Positions 40,543 to 50,866 are shown, counted from the first letter of the stretch. The stretch: 64,000 bases of DNA from a bacterium (GCA_049472335.1 JBLIRO010000005.1:37708-101707); one strand, 5' to 3'. Made by a program: numbers and translations. The notes: generated by a model from the letters alone, not told the origin.

Positions 40543-42102
40543 TCAGGCAACCGTAAACCTCTTCAACTCTCTCCCCTTATGGTTCAACAAATGAACCGCG
40601 CAAGCGATACAAGGGTCAAATGACCTGACAATCCTTACTATTTCGAAGGGATTTTCTTCATCCTTTACCTTTGTCCCTATAAGGGCCTGTTCAATGGGGC
40701 CGTGATTGCCCATATCATCCATGGGAGAGGCATTCCAAGTGGTCGGAACGACGCATTGATATTTATGAATCTTCTTGTCTTTTATGATTATCCAATGTCC
40801 GAGGGCTCCCCTTGCGGCATCCACAATTCCTACTCCACTCCCCTCTTCTGGAATGGCGTAATCCACATAAACCGGCTCACCCGGCTTCAGGCCGAGGATC
40901 CATCCCTCAAGATTCCTGGCTATATAAAGGGCACAAAGCGCCCGTGCGGCATGTCTGCCAAGCACGGAAAACAAGGCGTCCGGTGAGGCATTAAAATGAC
41001 CCAGTACAGAATCGACCAAATCCTTTACTTCCGGATTACCCGCTGCATAACTTGTGGCGATCCTCGCAAGGGGGCCCACCTCATGCACATCTCCTTTGTA
41101 TCTTGGCGCCTTTATCCAGGAATATCCGCCTTCCTTTCTGGGAAGGGGTTTCGTGTCCTCATCATAAGGATGACAACCTGTCGTATCTTCCTCGTACCAT
41201 GAATATTTGACCCATTCTTTGATGTGATTCAGATCAAGAGGCTGGTGATTTAAATCCGCAGATGTGGTGCCCTGATTAAAAAGTCTCGCCCTTTTGGTAT
41301 AGTCAGGGTCCTTTCTGTCAAGCTCGAAAACTCCATAGGAAAGGTACCTTCCGCACCCCATTCCTATCCCGAAATAGTCACTGTATGTCTCTGCCACCTT
41401 AATAACATCCGGTACATAAACATCCTCAACGAATTCCAAAAGCTCCTTTGCTCGCCAGAGCAGAGTAGCTATCTTGTCCACGGTAGGGACCTCAGTTATA
41501 CCTCCTGGTGTAACGGCACATGCATGGGGAAGCTTTCCTCCTAATATGGCCGTTGCCTCATGCCCTTTCCGCCTCATCTCCAGGGCCAGAACATAATGTT
41601 TAACCAGCTCCTGGTCAACCCCGGCCGGAAACCGGTAATCCCCTTCGTACCTGGGGACAAAGGGGGAAAGCTCACCCCTCGAGATAAAGGACTTTATGGA
41701 ATTGAGCGTTCTATCATTGCCTTCGTAGCCTGCAACCTTTGTTACATCCACATAATCGAGGGCTGCAAGATGATAAAAGTGAAGGATGTGATCCTGCACC
41801 TGGTGAAATCCCATGGTCAGGTTTCGCATCAGGTTACCGTTTTCGGGTATCTTGTCCGCGATCCCGAACGCACTGTCCAGGTTGAGGGCGGCTGCAGTTG
41901 TGTGGCAGTGATTGCAAACCCCGCATATTCTTTGGGTAATAATCTGGGCATCCCGGGGGTCCCTGCCCGCCAAGATCTTTTCAAATCCTCTGAAGAGCAT
42001 CCCCGAACATTTGGCATCCCTGATCTCACCTCCATCCACAACGGCCTCAACCTTAAGGTGCCCTTCGATTCTGGTTATCGGATCTATCACTATCTTAGAC
42101 AT
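40543..42102 (-). CDS. [NiFe] hydrogenase large subunit (group 1-like)
   Basis: IDPITRIEGH, L1 RICGVC, L2 DPCIACAVH with cleavable C-terminal tail; Cys, not Sec. Confidence 0.95.
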   Translation of the reverse strand: MSKIVIDPITRIEGHLKVEAVVDGGEIRDAKCSGMLFRGFEKILAGRDPRDAQIITQRICGVCNHCHTTAAALNLDSAFGIADKIPENGNLMRNLTMGFHQVQDHILHFYHLAALDYVDVTKVAGYEGNDRTLNSIKSFISRGELSPFVPRYEGDYRFPAGVDQELVKHYVLALEMRRKGHEATAILGGKLPHACAVTPGGITEVPTVDKIATLLWRAKELLEFVEDVYVPDVIKVAETYSDYFGIGMGCGRYLSYGVFELDRKDPDYTKRARLFNQGTTSADLNHQPLDLNHIKEWVKYSWYEEDTTGCHPYDEDTKPLPRKEGGYSWIKAPRYKGDVHEVGPLARIATSYAAGNPEVKDLVDSVLGHFNASPDALFSVLGRHAARALCALYIARNLEGWILGLKPGEPVYVDYAIPEEGSGVGIVDAARGALGHWIIIKDKKIHKYQCVVPTTWNASPMDDMGNHGPIEQALIGTKVKDEENPFEIVRIVRSFDPCIACAVHLLNHKGRELKRFTVA

Positions 42103-42104
42103 AT

Positions 42105-43001
42105 CTATTTGCCCCCCGCGTTTTTCCAATACTCGCCGATCTTTGGCAGATCAACATCAGTAAGTTTTTCGTAAAAAGAGCCTATTAAGTCAGGAAACTC
42201 GGGCTGGGTACACCCCTGGCAACCCATGCCGGATTTAATACACCAGTTGACACCGTTGTTCCATTGCCTTAAAGGGCAATCAGCATAGGTGACAGGTCCC
42301 TTACAGCCCAGTTCATAAAGGCAGCCTTCCTCTCCGAAACTCTTGGCGAATTTCCCTTCGTCAAAAAATGACCTGCGCTGGCAGTTTTCATGAATGAGTG
42401 TTCCGTAAAATTCCTTGGGACGAAGCCAATCGTCAATACCTTCGGACTCGGGCAACCCTGCAATAAGCAGTTTTGCTACTGTGCCTATAAACCAGTCCGG
42501 ATGCGGGGGGCAGCCTGAGACATTGATAAGCGGGGTTTTTATTCCTTGTTCCTTAAAGATATCCCTGACGCTTTTTACACCTGTTGGATTCGGAGCGCCA
42601 CCCGGGATGCCCCCAAATGCCGAGCATGTCCCTAAAGCTATTACAGCAAGGGCCTTTCTGCCTAGATCAATAACCCACTGGCGAAAGGTTATGGGGTCAT
42701 CCCCTCTTTCTCCGACGCAACAATATATCCCCTCATCCTTTGTGGGTACCGCGCCCTCCACAATCAGTAAAAACCCACCCTCATTTTCCGTTTTAACACC
42801 TTCCAAAACCTTTATAATAGGCTCTCCGGAGCCAGCCATAATTGTGGCTTGAAATCTTAAATTGATATGCTTTCCGGACACCACGTCATCAATGAGGACA
42901 TTTTTTATGGAAGGAGCTACTGAATTAAGCATGGATACGGAACATCCGCTGCAGGATCCCCCTTGAATCCATACTGCAGGTATTTCTTTGATCGGCATCA
43001 T
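42105..43001 (-). CDS. [NiFe] hydrogenase small subunit without Tat signal
   Basis: Starts directly at VWIQGGSCSGC; GTCSAFGG, GCPPHP, HENC..CLYELGCKGP, CQGC; no RR motif. Confidence 0.93.
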   Translation of the reverse strand: MMPIKEIPAVWIQGGSCSGCSVSMLNSVAPSIKNVLIDDVVSGKHINLRFQATIMAGSGEPIIKVLEGVKTENEGGFLLIVEGAVPTKDEGIYCCVGERGDDPITFRQWVIDLGRKALAVIALGTCSAFGGIPGGAPNPTGVKSVRDIFKEQGIKTPLINVSGCPPHPDWFIGTVAKLLIAGLPESEGIDDWLRPKEFYGTLIHENCQRRSFFDEGKFAKSFGEEGCLYELGCKGPVTYADCPLRQWNNGVNWCIKSGMGCQGCTQPEFPDLIGSFYEKLTDVDLPKIGEYWKNAGGK

Positions 43002-43162
43002 TTCCCCCCTCTCAGTGAAACAATATGAATTTATTGATTTAATTTAATTCTTTTAAAGTAGTATTTAAATATTTGTCAGATTTGGTTAATTTTGATTATA
43101 ATTTTCAAAAAGCAAGGTCAAGTCAAAATCCATGTCTGGGCTAAGTGAGCCACATCCCTTTT

Positions 43163-44755
43163 TCAATTAAACTTCACAGGCCTGCCCTCCTCTTTAGTTA
43201 ATAGATTATAGGTTTTTTCTATACGGTACCAATTATATTCACGATCCAAAGCCCAATAACGCCCGATGACGGAAACTACCCTGCCCACACCCATTTGTTT
43301 CGATCTCTCCTCGATCTGCTGGACATAATAGGCGCCGCTTTCAGGTCTCTCACCCCGCCTTCCGAGAAGTGAATGGATAAATACCCTGTCGAGGCCCTCT
43401 CTTTTAGCCAATTCCATTAGGGCGTAAAGGTATTCCACAGATCCATGCGAACTATAGAAGGATACTATTCCAAGCAGGTGGAGGTTTGTGCCCTTTTCTT
43501 TGGCTCCCCTTACGGCCCAGAGAAACTCGGGATTCTTATAAAATGTGTCATCCTCTATGGATTTTGCAATTCTGATCCTGTCCGAAGGCACTATCCTGCC
43601 GCAGCCCAGATGGAGGTGTCCTGACTCGGAATTACCCACAGTCCCCGCAGGCAGGCCCACTGCCTCTCCTGAAGCATCCAGGGTGGTCCACGGATATTTT
43701 TTCATCAATTCATCTACTGATCTTGTATTTGCGGAGGCTATAAGATTTCCTTCTGAAGATGCATTATACCCCCAGCCGTCCATAATCAGGAGAAGGACCC
43801 TGTGGCCTCTCATTTCAGGCAGTCGTGACGCGACCAAGCTCTCACCGGTCATGCTCTCAGGTTTAGGAATACCAAGAAGATCCAACACCGTTGGCGCCAC
43901 ATCGATAAGACTCCCCCCTCCCGCTCTTAACCTGATGTCTTCAAAATTTACAGGAGGAATCAAAACAAAGGGTACAGGGCTATCCGTATGTCCTGTATCT
44001 ATTTTCCCATCCTGATAGTACCATTTCTCCACGGTCCCATGATCAGCCACAAGCACAGTGAACAGACCTGCAACCTGTGCCTCTTTTACTATCCTGCCCA
44101 CATTTTGATCTACAGTTTCTATTGCCTGGAAAATTGCATCCCGGTTTTCGATATGCCCTACCACATCGATATTTGCAAGATTAACACAGATAAAATCATC
44201 ATTCGGGGCCTTTATGGTCTCTATGGCTTTTTCTGACACCTCAGCACAGCTCATCCCAGGACATTGATCGAAATTTATCACATCTCTCGGAGAAGGCACG
44301 ATGATTCTCTCCTCTCCGGGAAAGGGTTCCTCCTGTTTGCCATTTAGAAAATAGGTAATATGTATTGCCTTTTCAGCCTCTGTAATTTTAACCTGGCTCA
44401 TCCCTGCCCTGCTTATTAACTCGCTCAAAGTCATATCTATCTTATCCAGGGGGGGAAATGCAACCTTAACCGGCAAATTGGGATGATACTGAATCATCGT
44501 TACCCAATGTGTCTCCAGGTCAGATTTAACCGGAAATTTATCAAATCCTTTTTGAGTAAAAGCCTGTGTAAGCTCGATCTCACGCTCACCACGGATATCA
44601 TAAAATATAGCAAAATCACCTGAACAAATCCTGCCGATTGGCTTACTATAACTATCAACAAGAATGAGGGGATTCATCCCCTCCTCTTCCTCACCACGGC
44701 GATATGCCTCTCTTATGGCCTCTGACATGGGATAAAAGCCATTTTTCATCTTCAT
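43163..44755 (-). CDS. gpmI: 2,3-bisphosphoglycerate-independent phosphoglycerate mutase, circularly permuted
   Basis: All iPGM motifs present, but LIMDGWG and GNSESGH follow EAEKAIHITYFLNG, NIDVVGH, ADHG and DVAPT. Confidence 0.85.
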   Translation of the reverse strand: MKMKNGFYPMSEAIREAYRRGEEEEGMNPLILVDSYSKPIGRICSGDFAIFYDIRGEREIELTQAFTQKGFDKFPVKSDLETHWVTMIQYHPNLPVKVAFPPLDKIDMTLSELISRAGMSQVKITEAEKAIHITYFLNGKQEEPFPGEERIIVPSPRDVINFDQCPGMSCAEVSEKAIETIKAPNDDFICVNLANIDVVGHIENRDAIFQAIETVDQNVGRIVKEAQVAGLFTVLVADHGTVEKWYYQDGKIDTGHTDSPVPFVLIPPVNFEDIRLRAGGGSLIDVAPTVLDLLGIPKPESMTGESLVASRLPEMRGHRVLLLIMDGWGYNASSEGNLIASANTRSVDELMKKYPWTTLDASGEAVGLPAGTVGNSESGHLHLGCGRIVPSDRIRIAKSIEDDTFYKNPEFLWAVRGAKEKGTNLHLLGIVSFYSSHGSVEYLYALMELAKREGLDRVFIHSLLGRRGERPESGAYYVQQIEERSKQMGVGRVVSVIGRYWALDREYNWYRIEKTYNLLTKEEGRPVKFN

Positions 44756-44771
44756 TTAAACGCTCCCATTT

Positions 44772-45878
44772 CTATAACTCCCTGAAAGCCCTTCCTTCTC
44801 CTCTTAGGCCGAACGGCTTTATTTCCATAAATTTCTCATGGCTCTCAACAGCATATCCAATCCTGTGAAGGGGAATACGGTGACTCTCACAGATTTCTGT
44901 AATATTGTGCATTTCTTCAGGGGCGCATACAATACAGAAACCTATCCCCATATTAAAGACCTGAAACATCTCCCTGTCGGAAATTCCGCCCTTTTCCTGA
45001 ATCAATTTAAATATTGCAGGGGGATCAGGAAGATGATCGACGATAAATGCCACCTGAGAATCCACCCTTAAAAGGTTGAGCAGTCCGTCACCAGTAATAT
45101 GGCAAAAAGCCTTTACCCCGGGCACTTTTTCCATTATGTCCAAAACAACCGGCACATAGATACTGGTAGGGATAAGGAGCTCTTCACCTATGGTTTTCCC
45201 AAGCTCCGGCACCATGCGGCCTATATTCCAGCCGGTCTCATCCAACAATACCCGTCTGGCAAGTGAAAGCCCATTGCTATGAATCCCCGTGCTAGGAAGT
45301 CCGAACACAAGATCTCCGGGCCGAATACCTTTACCAGTCATGATTCTGTCGGGCTCGACAATGCCTACAGCCATACCGGCAAGATCGAATCCTTTACCCT
45401 CCTTCCAGCCTTTTATCAGATCCCTCACCTGTGCGGTCTCACCACCCGGAATAGCTATACCTGCCTGCCTCGCTCCCTCATAAAGCCCCTGAGCTATTTG
45501 ATCAAGAATAGATGCATCCATTGTTTGCAGGGCAAGATAATTTAGCATGGATATGGGTCTGGCACCCACGCAAATTATATCATTTACATTCATAGCCACA
45601 CAGTCAATCCCTATAGTGTCATAACGGTCCATCATCTGCGCAATCAGAACCTTGGTCCCCACTCCATCCGCTGACACAGCAATCCCTATCTCCTTATCCC
45701 CTGCCTGAACCCTTACCACGTTGGCAAAATGGCCAAGGTCCAGAACCACCTCACCGGGCTTTCCGCAAGTAAAAGGGAAAGTTGATCGAATCAGATCCAG
45801 GAATCCTTTCATCGCCCCGGACTCTGCCTGAGTATCCACACCGGATGCTGCATAATGATCAGCGCTTTTACCATTCAT
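44772..45878 (-). CDS. purM: Phosphoribosylformylglycinamidine cyclo-ligase
   Basis: YAASGVD, DGVGTK, AMNVND, GGETA, GIHSNG, FNMGIG. Confidence 0.96.
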   Translation of the reverse strand: MNGKSADHYAASGVDTQAESGAMKGFLDLIRSTFPFTCGKPGEVVLDLGHFANVVRVQAGDKEIGIAVSADGVGTKVLIAQMMDRYDTIGIDCVAMNVNDIICVGARPISMLNYLALQTMDASILDQIAQGLYEGARQAGIAIPGGETAQVRDLIKGWKEGKGFDLAGMAVGIVEPDRIMTGKGIRPGDLVFGLPSTGIHSNGLSLARRVLLDETGWNIGRMVPELGKTIGEELLIPTSIYVPVVLDIMEKVPGVKAFCHITGDGLLNLLRVDSQVAFIVDHLPDPPAIFKLIQEKGGISDREMFQVFNMGIGFCIVCAPEEMHNITEICESHRIPLHRIGYAVESHEKFMEIKPFGLRGEGRAFREL

Positions 45879-45932
45879 TACTGTTTATACTCCTCTTTAA
45901 TAAAAAGTCACATATATGTTTACATTTTGTAA

Positions 45933-47216
45933 TTAGAGTCCTAACCTTTTAAGCCCCTTTTGAGCGATATCCTTACGATAATAGATACCTTCAAACCACA
46001 GTTGCCCCATGGCCCTATAAGCTTTATCCACAGCCTGTTTCAGGTCGTCACCCAGAGCGGTAACACCAAGGACCCTGCCTCCATTTGTCAGGACCTTTCC
46101 GTTATCCTTTTTAGTACCTGCATGAAAAACAGCAAGATCCTGGCAGACCGACACCTTTTTAAGCCCCAAAATCTCCTTTCCCTTTTCATACGGACCCGGA
46201 TATCCCGAAGATGCCGCCACCACACAAACAGACGCGCCGTCACACCAGGATAAGCTCATCTCCGAAAGCCTGCCCTCCATAGATGCCTGAATAACAGGAA
46301 CAACGTCATCCTTCATGCGTAATACTATGGGCTGGGCCTCGGGATCCCCGAACCGGCAATTGAACTCCAGGACCATAGGGTCCCCCTTTTTATTGATCAT
46401 TAAACCTGCATAGAGCACACCCTGATAAGGTATCCCTTTCTTTGCCATACCGTTAATAGTGGGTATCATAACAAGATCCATAATCTTTCGGTGCAACTGA
46501 GTCGTAACCACGGAGGCTGGAGAATATGCGCCCATACCCCCGGTATTAGGCCCCCGGTCATTATCATAGATAGGTTTATGATCCTGGGAAGAGGCCATGG
46601 GAAGCACTGTCTTTCCATCCGTAAATGCAAGGAAGGATACCTCTTCACCCACAAGGCAATCCTCCACCACCAGTTTATCCCCTGCGCTCCCAAAAACCCT
46701 GTCTACCATAATATTTTGGATTGCCTTTCTGGCTTCCTCCAGTGTCTTGCATATAATCACTCCTTTGCCTGCAGCGAGTCCATCTGCCTTGACGACAATA
46801 GGCAATCCTCTATTCTTCACATAGTCCCAGGCCAGATCTTTATCCGTGAATACTTCAAAATCGGCCGTCGGTATTCCATTCTCTCTCATCAATTCCTTGG
46901 CAAATGACTTGCTCGACTCGAGTTGCGCGGCCTCCCTTGAAGGCCCGAATACAAAAAGGCCCATATCCCGGAAGACATCCACTATTCCCATGCTCAATGG
47001 GGCCTCAGGGCCCACTATCGTTATATCAGCTTTTTTCTCTTTTGCCAGCTTAGCAAGGCCCTTACAGTCAGATACATCCCAGGGGATGCATTCTGCGACC
47101 TCCTCTATTCCTGCATTACCGGGCACACAGAAGATATTGGATACCAAAGGGCTCTGATTCACTTTCCAGGCTAATGCGTGCTCCCTTCCACCGCTACCTA
47201 CAATCATGACATTCAT
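45933..47216 (-). CDS. purD: Phosphoribosylamine--glycine ligase
   Basis: GSGGREHAL, KADGLAAGKGV, QDHK, GPNTGGMGAY, EFNCRFGDPE. Confidence 0.98.
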   Translation of the reverse strand: MNVMIVGSGGREHALAWKVNQSPLVSNIFCVPGNAGIEEVAECIPWDVSDCKGLAKLAKEKKADITIVGPEAPLSMGIVDVFRDMGLFVFGPSREAAQLESSKSFAKELMRENGIPTADFEVFTDKDLAWDYVKNRGLPIVVKADGLAAGKGVIICKTLEEARKAIQNIMVDRVFGSAGDKLVVEDCLVGEEVSFLAFTDGKTVLPMASSQDHKPIYDNDRGPNTGGMGAYSPASVVTTQLHRKIMDLVMIPTINGMAKKGIPYQGVLYAGLMINKKGDPMVLEFNCRFGDPEAQPIVLRMKDDVVPVIQASMEGRLSEMSLSWCDGASVCVVAASSGYPGPYEKGKEILGLKKVSVCQDLAVFHAGTKKDNGKVLTNGGRVLGVTALGDDLKQAVDKAYRAMGQLWFEGIYYRKDIAQKGLKRLGL

Positions 47217-47845
47217 AATTCCGGTTTTTCTCCTTTCTTTTTTTTTACATATTATAGTAAAAATATTAAAAACATCAAATGTGTTTTAAAAATTTGTAAT
47301 AGAACTATAAAATAATATGAAAAATATTTATATATTAATACATTAAAAGTTGTAAAATTATTAGTAGAGAAACCTCTGTTTTAAAGACTAATCTTAAGTT
47401 AAGAGGAAAAAGGATTTATCATTGTGGGAAAAAAGGGTTGATCAAACTATGAAACAAACATAGTTGAGTAAACCGATGCAAAAACATAAGGTGATTAAAC
47501 ATGATGATGTTTGATCAACCCCCCTCATCATATAATTAGAAATTACAATAAAGGCCTCAGAAAAATCTACAATCCCTTTTCATAGACCATTATTGATTTA
47601 TATATTGATTTTTGCATTTTATATTTAAAATAATTCTCTATTTAGAATCATATTCCTGCGAAAAATCAAATATGGATTTTATAGATAAAAACCAGGACGA
47701 GGTGTCGATCAAAATTTAAATGGTAGCATACTACATTCTAATCCCTTTGTAAAGATGTGATAGTAAAAAATTTTTTATAAATATATTGTATACAAAGCTA
47801 ATAAATTTATATGAAAGTGTTTTCCCATATATTTTTTGCCGGGTG

Positions 47846-48658
47846 TTACTTTGAATAAACAGAACAATTCTCCAAATTCCATCCTGTATCCGCCCTGATC
47901 GAGTTACAAATTTTCTCGAGTCCCAGAGCCTGAACTATGGTGTAATCCTCCTCGGAAAGGATCAATCCGGGAGGAGAATCTGCGGGCCTGAGCCTAAAAT
48001 CCTTAAGTCCGAATCCTCTTAATACCTTTTCAGCCATCTCAAGCTTGCTCAGCTCTTCAACTGTAAGCGTATAATTCCAAGGGAAACGTGTCGCAAGACA
48101 TGAATCCGATGACCTATCCCAAAGATAAAGGCCCTCATCCCTGGCAAGATTTCTTATATCTTCTTTCCCATAACCGAGTTCTCTCCATGGACTTCGGATA
48201 CCGAACTCTTTGCCCGCTCTCATACCTGGTCTTGAGAGGGGATCATCCCCCGTATGTGTGCCGTCAAGAATAACCATAGATTTTCTTTTTCCTGATACTA
48301 AACCGTAAGCAATTGAAAACATCCTCGTCTTACACAAATAGCATCTTTCTCTATTATTGGTGCGAATAATTTCTTCTGTCAATGGATTATAGTCAATAAT
48401 TGAATGGGTAATCCTTAATTTATCTGCAAATATTTCAGCATCTTTGATATTTTTTCGTGTTTGAAGTGGAGATGTAAAAGTAATGGCATCAACCCGCTCA
48501 CCCATGATATCGTGCACTTCTTTCAACAAAAGACAACTGTCCAGTCCACCTGAAAGGCAAACAAGGGCGGAGGTGTATGGCTCTAAAAATTTTTTCAATC
48601 GGATTTTAATATGACTCATACAAGTAACATACCTACACAAAGCAACACATTTACACAA
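47846..48658 (-). CDS. larE: ATP-dependent sacrificial sulfur transferase LarE-like (start uncertain)
   Basis: SGGLDS PP-loop, RCYLCK, DGTH..RPG, SCLATRFP. Confidence 0.8.
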   Translation of the reverse strand: MCKCVALCRYVTCMSHIKIRLKKFLEPYTSALVCLSGGLDSCLLLKEVHDIMGERVDAITFTSPLQTRKNIKDAEIFADKLRITHSIIDYNPLTEEIIRTNNRERCYLCKTRMFSIAYGLVSGKRKSMVILDGTHTGDDPLSRPGMRAGKEFGIRSPWRELGYGKEDIRNLARDEGLYLWDRSSDSCLATRFPWNYTLTVEELSKLEMAEKVLRGFGLKDFRLRPADSPPGLILSEEDYTIVQALGLEKICNSIRADTGWNLENCSVYSK

Positions 48659-49041
48659 AAAGTGATATTCTTTTCACAATGTGAAACATTAAACATAATT
48701 ATCATTTTAATTAATACTTGCAAACACTATGATATAACTGATAATTTGGCATTAGCATATAATATGCATATAATTATGACGAACTACTTCTATCTGACGA
48801 ATTAATATGTCAGAAGAAACCTTATTTGATATTAGTAAGGATTAGTTAGTATAATTATGTTGTTCCTTAATTTAATTAGTTTTGGGCAAATGTTATTTGT
48901 TTAAAACATTTTTTAGATATTATTTAAACACACATAAGCCCAAAAGAAAAGAGGTGATGGCCAGTAGAAGCTAAAGATTAAGTATCGCTATTTTTTAATT
49001 AATATTAAGTTTATAAAGTTTAAGAGAAGGGTAATTTGGTT

Positions 49042-49653
49042 ATGAAAGATAAAAGATCGATTTTCTTCTTTATTGCGTTAGTTCTTATTGTCACTTTCGC
49101 TATTACCTTTACATCTGGCTCACCTGCTTATTCCTATTATGGGATGTACGGTGGGTTATCTGGCATGTATGGCGGCCTCATGGGTATGTACGGCGGCCTC
49201 ATGGGTATGTACGGCGGCCTGTATGGCGGCCTCATGGGCATGTATGGCGGCCTCTACGGCATGTATGGCGGCTTGATGGGCGGCCTGTATGGCCTTACCA
49301 GCCTTAGTGGTTTAGGCGGACTCGGCTTGATGGGCGGCCTCATGGGTATGTACGGCGGTCTTTACGGCTTGTATGGCGGTCTCATGGGTATGTATGGCGG
49401 CTTGATGGGTATGTATGGCGGCTTGATGGGTATGTACGGCGGCTTGATGGGTATGTACGGCGGCTTGATGGGCGGTCTCTATGGCATGTATGGCGGCATG
49501 ATGGGTAGTTCAATTCTCTCATCATTACTTAGTAGTCCGACCACGACGACAACGACACCGGTGGCAGCAACGCCGGTCGTAACTACTGCGACACCTGTAG
49601 CGGCGACACCTGTAGCGACAGCAGCGGCTCTTGGACTCATACCGTTCTTCTGA
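49042..49653 (+). CDS. Exported Gly/Met/Tyr-rich repeat protein (GMYGGLM)n with Thr/Pro/Ala tail
   Basis: Signal peptide ending PAYS; many 21-bp/heptapeptide repeats; TPVAA repeats and hydrophobic C-terminus LGLIPFF. Confidence 0.8.
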   Translation: MKDKRSIFFFIALVLIVTFAITFTSGSPAYSYYGMYGGLSGMYGGLMGMYGGLMGMYGGLYGGLMGMYGGLYGMYGGLMGGLYGLTSLSGLGGLGLMGGLMGMYGGLYGLYGGLMGMYGGLMGMYGGLMGMYGGLMGMYGGLMGGLYGMYGGMMGSSILSSLLSSPTTTTTTPVAATPVVTTATPVAATPVATAAALGLIPFF

Positions 49654-49676
49654 TAAAATTTATTTTTGAAATAATC

Positions 49677-49723
49677 GGGATATCTCTTATTCCACTCAGG
49701 GAATAAGGGATATCCCTTTTTTT
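49677..49723 (+). terminator. Rho-independent terminator
   Basis: gggatatctcttattcc / ggaataagggatatccc stem followed by T7. Confidence 0.85.
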
Positions 49724-49964
49724 ATTCCTTATATTCGGATGCAGCGGCTTCACCAATACCATTATCATCTTCCGTCACTGTCACACTGATATTGATTTTT
49801 TTTCTTATCATTTCGTTTAAATACTCTTTGAATATTTGTCTTGACAAAAGTTAAAAGTACTGAGTATACTTCCATCCAGGAAAGCAAATTCTTGGTATAT
49901 ATTAGTATGCAAATTCTACTTTGGCGTATATTACATTCAATATTAAGAGAATACGAGTCTCGTT

Positions 49965-50483
49965 ATGGAAAAGGCTTTAGCTGTCATCAACCAGTTAGAA
50001 AAAGATGGACTCATAGGGCGTTATGCAATAGGTGGAGCTGTAGCCGCAACGCGCTACATAGAACCTATCCAGACCTATGATTTAGACATTTTTGTTGTTC
50101 TTCCTCCTTCATCATCAGGATTGATTTCCCTCTCGCCCATATTCGCCTATCTTAAACAGCGTGGTTATAAACCCCAAGGAGAATGCATTATCGTCGAAGG
50201 TTGGCCTCTGCAGTTTCTTCCTGTATATAATTCATTAGTTGAAGAAGCCTTGGAACGAGCGCTTGAGGTGAAATATGGCGAAACGCCTACCCGTGTGCTG
50301 AGCGCAGAATATCTGGCAGCGATTATGCTGGATACAGGCCGTCCTAAAGATCATGCACGTTTGATCCAATTTTTTGATTTTAATGTGCTGGACCTAACAG
50401 TTTTGGAAGATATCGTGGTGCGCCACGGTTTGAAAGAAGGTTGGGAGATCTTTAGAAAACGTTTTTTGAATGAAAAGGGTTGA
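49965..50483 (+). CDS. Nucleotidyltransferase-like protein
   Basis: YAIGGAVA, TYDLDIFV, GRPKD. Confidence 0.75.
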   Translation: MEKALAVINQLEKDGLIGRYAIGGAVAATRYIEPIQTYDLDIFVVLPPSSSGLISLSPIFAYLKQRGYKPQGECIIVEGWPLQFLPVYNSLVEEALERALEVKYGETPTRVLSAEYLAAIMLDTGRPKDHARLIQFFDFNVLDLTVLEDIVVRHGLKEGWEIFRKRFLNEKG

Positions 50484-50700
50484 CAAAGAGCGGTATATGA
50501 AATCATCTTATCCTGATATATCCGGCATTCTTTCCGCAAAGGCGGATCGTAGAAGCGCCCTTGCTGCATTGTCGTGGGAAGAAAAAATTGCCATTGTTGA
50601 ACAAATGCAGCGATTACTACCCAAAGGAATGTGGAAAAACAAGGATGCCAGCAAGAAAAGCGATGGTACTGGTGCAAAACGCCCATCACCCAAGCGATGA
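50470..50700 (+). CDS. Small hypothetical protein (possible TA partner)
   Basis: Overlaps the NTase gene; KADRRSALAALSWEEKI. Confidence 0.5.
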   Translation: MKRVDKERYMKSSYPDISGILSAKADRRSALAALSWEEKIAIVEQMQRLLPKGMWKNKDASKKSDGTGAKRPSPKR

Positions 50701-50866
50701 AGCCGGCAGCAGGACGTCACGTCTTTTTGCGCCATGGCTTCTTGCAGCACCTTAGTTCTGAGCCAGCTCATTTGTCGTTTCCGTCCCTATCCAGCTCACG
50801 CCAACGACCTGGTCTTTATTGTTAATACCTATTGCTGAGAATCAAAAACCAAAAAGGATTTTGCCC

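Noticed and set aside
40543..40640. [NiFeSe] hydrogenase with selenocysteine
   Set aside because: The L2 motif reads DPCIACAVH with Cys codons and no in-frame TGA.
49720..49795. Minus-strand fragment reading ISVTVTEDDNGIG (PKD-like)
   Set aside because: Too short to call as a gene remnant with confidence.
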